Shown here in pieces: positions 35,731 through 38,028 of a DNA stretch of 38,028 nucleotides (positions are counted from its first letter, which is position 1; each line of letters opens with the position of its first letter). The stretch lies in IMG/VR virus record IMGVR_UViG_3300034082_000527, positions 1 to 38,028 of that record. One strand, given 5' to 3'. The notes below the pieces were generated by a model. It was not told the origin of the DNA, did not search any database, and worked only from the letters and a program-made list of their open reading frames with translations. The position numbers and the translations under genes are program-made. This DNA is from a virus (taxonomy: Duplodnaviria > Caudoviricetes).

Positions 35731-37520
35731 TGGCATATGCATATGATTATTGGGATAATTCATTTTTACCAAGACCCAAACCAGCACCTGGAAATTTAGT
35801 TATACCTTGGGTTGATGTTCAAATAACTTCTTTAACAAGAGCTGTAATCGTTCTAGGAACCCCGACTGGATCTACTGGTAGCTATTCTGGAGATGTCACA
35901 AGCACTGGAAGCTTTAGTTTTCCAGATTTTGCATTTACAAGCACAAGCGGAGTTTATGTCAGAGAAGGACTTACTCCAGGCAAAACATATTATCTTAGAG
36001 GACGTGCATGGAGTGGCGCAGGACAGACTGGATCTTATGGAGACTGGATTACATATACATTTACTATGCCATCATATAATCCTCTTTCTGGAATTACTTC
36101 AACTGCCACGACTGTTTTGGTTCCGCCAGGTTCTACAGCAGATTCCGCAGGAGCACAATCAAGTTCAAAATCAAGCTCACAGGTTTCTGTAAATAATGCA
36201 ACAACAATAGAACCAGATGTTGAGATTGTAGAACAAACTATAACAGGATCTTCATTTGCAACAAGCGGAAATAGACAGGTTTCAAAGTCTTTATTTAGAG
36301 TTACAAATAATTCACCAGATCCACAAGAGTATTCAATTGCTACAAAAAATTCAGGAATAGCAACCTCTTACGATTATTATTCTTTTGGAACTGGTATGTT
36401 TTTTCAAAGCAGTATTACAAATAATGATGCAGCTGGAGGATTAGGATTCTTTACAGATGATATAGGAAAAAATGGATACTATGTTTTATTGCAAACAACA
36501 TCTAATCTTTCTAATACTTCTGACAAAGAAGTCAAAATTTTAAAAATTGTAAATGGTAAAAGAAAAGAATTAGCCGATAGCCAAAAAAATAATCCTTCTA
36601 AAACATTAACAGGTATTATAGGAGCAACTTCTTATAAGGTTGATATTAAAGTTGAAGTTACAGCGACAGCTAGAGTAATTGATGTGTACATTAATAATTT
36701 TAAAATAACTGCAGTTGATGCAAATAAGTCATCCAGCACAGATCCAATCGATCAAGTTCTTCCAGTTACACCAAATATATCTATGTGTGCAACTACAGGG
36801 ACTGCATACTTTGATTACTTGTATGGGGTACCTTTAGAAGAAGCCCAGTACACTTCTGGGATAATGCAAAATGTATATAACGGACAATTTAATGATACAG
36901 TTTTAAATTTCTTGTTTGGAGAAAAGGTTCTAAGTAACTTTAATAAAACTTCTTTAACAAACGGATATCTTGAAGAATTTGGAACGGTAGCCAGAGAGCT
37001 TAGAAAAATTAATATTAAGTACGAGTCTAGACCTGGCTATCCGTTATACCCAAGTCTTGGAATAAATAAATTTGTCAATGTTCTAGGGTCTAGACTCACA
37101 TCTTTTGGGGCGGAAGTATATTTAATTAATAATGCAGGAACATGGGTTCCTCTTGATGATGCATCGTTAAACTCATTTAGCATAATTGGCAACTATTTAG
37201 TAACCTCTGGCCAACATGAGTATACAGATAAGACAATAAATGAATATACAAATCCAGAACCAGTAATTTTTGAATCCCAGTGGATACAAAAAGAATCTGA
37301 CGCCAAGGCGATATCTGTATGGATCAAAGATCTATGGTCAAATCAGCAATCTGTTGTTTCTATGCAGGTATTTGGAAACCCTTTAATTTCAGTAGGAGAT
37401 GTAATAACAATAAATTACCCATCTAATAATTTGGACGGGACTAAGAAATTTGTAGTTATGAATGTTACAAATTCATTTAATCAAGGATTGGAGACATCCA
37501 TAACGGCTAGGACTCTTTAG
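35730..37520 (+). CDS. Minor tail / tail-tip protein with N-terminal FN3-like domain
   Basis: Start reassigned from 35718 to ATG 35730 (TAATG overlap). GLTPGKTYYLRGRAW FN3 motif. C-terminal FGNPLISVGDVITI hub-like motif. Confidence 0.6.
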   Translation: MAYAYDYWDNSFLPRPKPAPGNLVIPWVDVQITSLTRAVIVLGTPTGSTGSYSGDVTSTGSFSFPDFAFTSTSGVYVREGLTPGKTYYLRGRAWSGAGQTGSYGDWITYTFTMPSYNPLSGITSTATTVLVPPGSTADSAGAQSSSKSSSQVSVNNATTIEPDVEIVEQTITGSSFATSGNRQVSKSLFRVTNNSPDPQEYSIATKNSGIATSYDYYSFGTGMFFQSSITNNDAAGGLGFFTDDIGKNGYYVLLQTTSNLSNTSDKEVKILKIVNGKRKELADSQKNNPSKTLTGIIGATSYKVDIKVEVTATARVIDVYINNFKITAVDANKSSSTDPIDQVLPVTPNISMCATTGTAYFDYLYGVPLEEAQYTSGIMQNVYNGQFNDTVLNFLFGEKVLSNFNKTSLTNGYLEEFGTVARELRKINIKYESRPGYPLYPSLGINKFVNVLGSRLTSFGAEVYLINNAGTWVPLDDASLNSFSIIGNYLVTSGQHEYTDKTINEYTNPEPVIFESQWIQKESDAKAISVWIKDLWSNQQSVVSMQVFGNPLISVGDVITINYPSNNLDGTKKFVVMNVTNSFNQGLETSITARTL

Positions 37521-37537
37521 TCAATAAATGGTATAAT
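37509..37537 (+). promoter_or_regulatory. Extended -10 promoter, likely leaderless transcript
   Basis: AGGACT (37509-37514), 17 nt, TATAAT (37532-37537) preceded by TG. ATG 6 nt downstream, no SD. Confidence 0.6.
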
Positions 37538-37543
37538 AAAAAA

Positions 37544-37942
37544 ATGGCAATACAAAAACCATCAACAACAAGCGTAGCGGCAGATGCCCCTATTGTTATA
37601 TATTCTAATTCCCCAGAGGCCAAAGACTTAGGATCTAACTACGTAAAGGTAATTCCTGGAAATGTAATAGGGCCGCTATACCTTTCTTCTCCAGATGTAT
37701 CTTTTGATGAAATTGATGGAAGCCTGGTTGTTGCAGAAGATATTAATTCTGAAAAGGTGGTCTCAGGAGAAACTTCATCTATTTTTTATCCTTCAGCTCC
37801 ATCTTTATCTGATATACAAATGGTTTCAAATGCCGTTGTTTATGATGCCGCTGGCAACCCATCAGTACAAGTAGTTTTTAAAATTAAAAATTCAAGCGGA
37901 CAAACCTTAAAAGGAATAAATGCAAGAGTGGAGCTCAAATGA
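37544..37942 (+). CDS. Hypothetical protein in tail module
   Basis: 132-aa ORF with upstream promoter and ATGA overlap with the next gene. Confidence 0.6.
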   Translation: MAIQKPSTTSVAADAPIVIYSNSPEAKDLGSNYVKVIPGNVIGPLYLSSPDVSFDEIDGSLVVAEDINSEKVVSGETSSIFYPSAPSLSDIQMVSNAVVYDAAGNPSVQVVFKIKNSSGQTLKGINARVELK

Positions 37943-38028
37943 TAACAAAATTTGGTAAAAGATTTTTAACTAGTCACATGGCTGGGATAGTAGACTTTGC
38001 TACAAAAGACTTAGCTTTGGGAATAGGT
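37939..38028 (+). CDS. 3'-truncated ORF, probable tail/baseplate protein
   Basis: ATG 37939 overlaps the previous TGA. Reads MITKFGKRFLTSHMAGIVDFATKDLALGIG open to the window end. Confidence 0.55.
   Translation, partial: MITKFGKRFLTSHMAGIVDFATKDLALGIG

Overview
A 38-kb, AT-rich, entirely plus-strand virion morphogenesis region of a tailed phage with siphovirus organisation (no sheath gene, very long tape measure protein). No terminase, integrase, RNA gene or CRISPR array is visible. The left 17 kb is a paralogous array of putative fibre/adhesin genes placed upstream of the portal. It is built combinatorially from shared N-terminal anchors, Ig-like/FN3 stalks and exchangeable tips (seven copies of one glycine-rich domain, three copies of a non-Gly beta domain), with small acidic partner genes and a LamG-like protein. 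The right 21 kb runs portal, HK97-type protease with a nested scaffold start, major capsid, Rho-N-like protein, head-tail joining genes, major tail protein, tail assembly chaperone with a clear -1 frameshift (C CCA AAC plus stem-loop), a 2288-aa tape measure protein and tail-tip genes. Most notable: (1) the tape measure protein is partitioned by repeated hydrophobic-x-x-GG-x-V motifs that bracket two non-TMP-like inserts, suggesting an ejected cargo polyprotein; (2) the mix-and-match adhesin array; (3) a shared hydrophobic-x-K/[AS] putative maturation site in portal, protease, scaffold and capsid; (4) sigma70/SigA-type promoters, several apparently leaderless. Product calls rest on motif recognition and synteny, not database searches. 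An actinobacterial host is only an inference.
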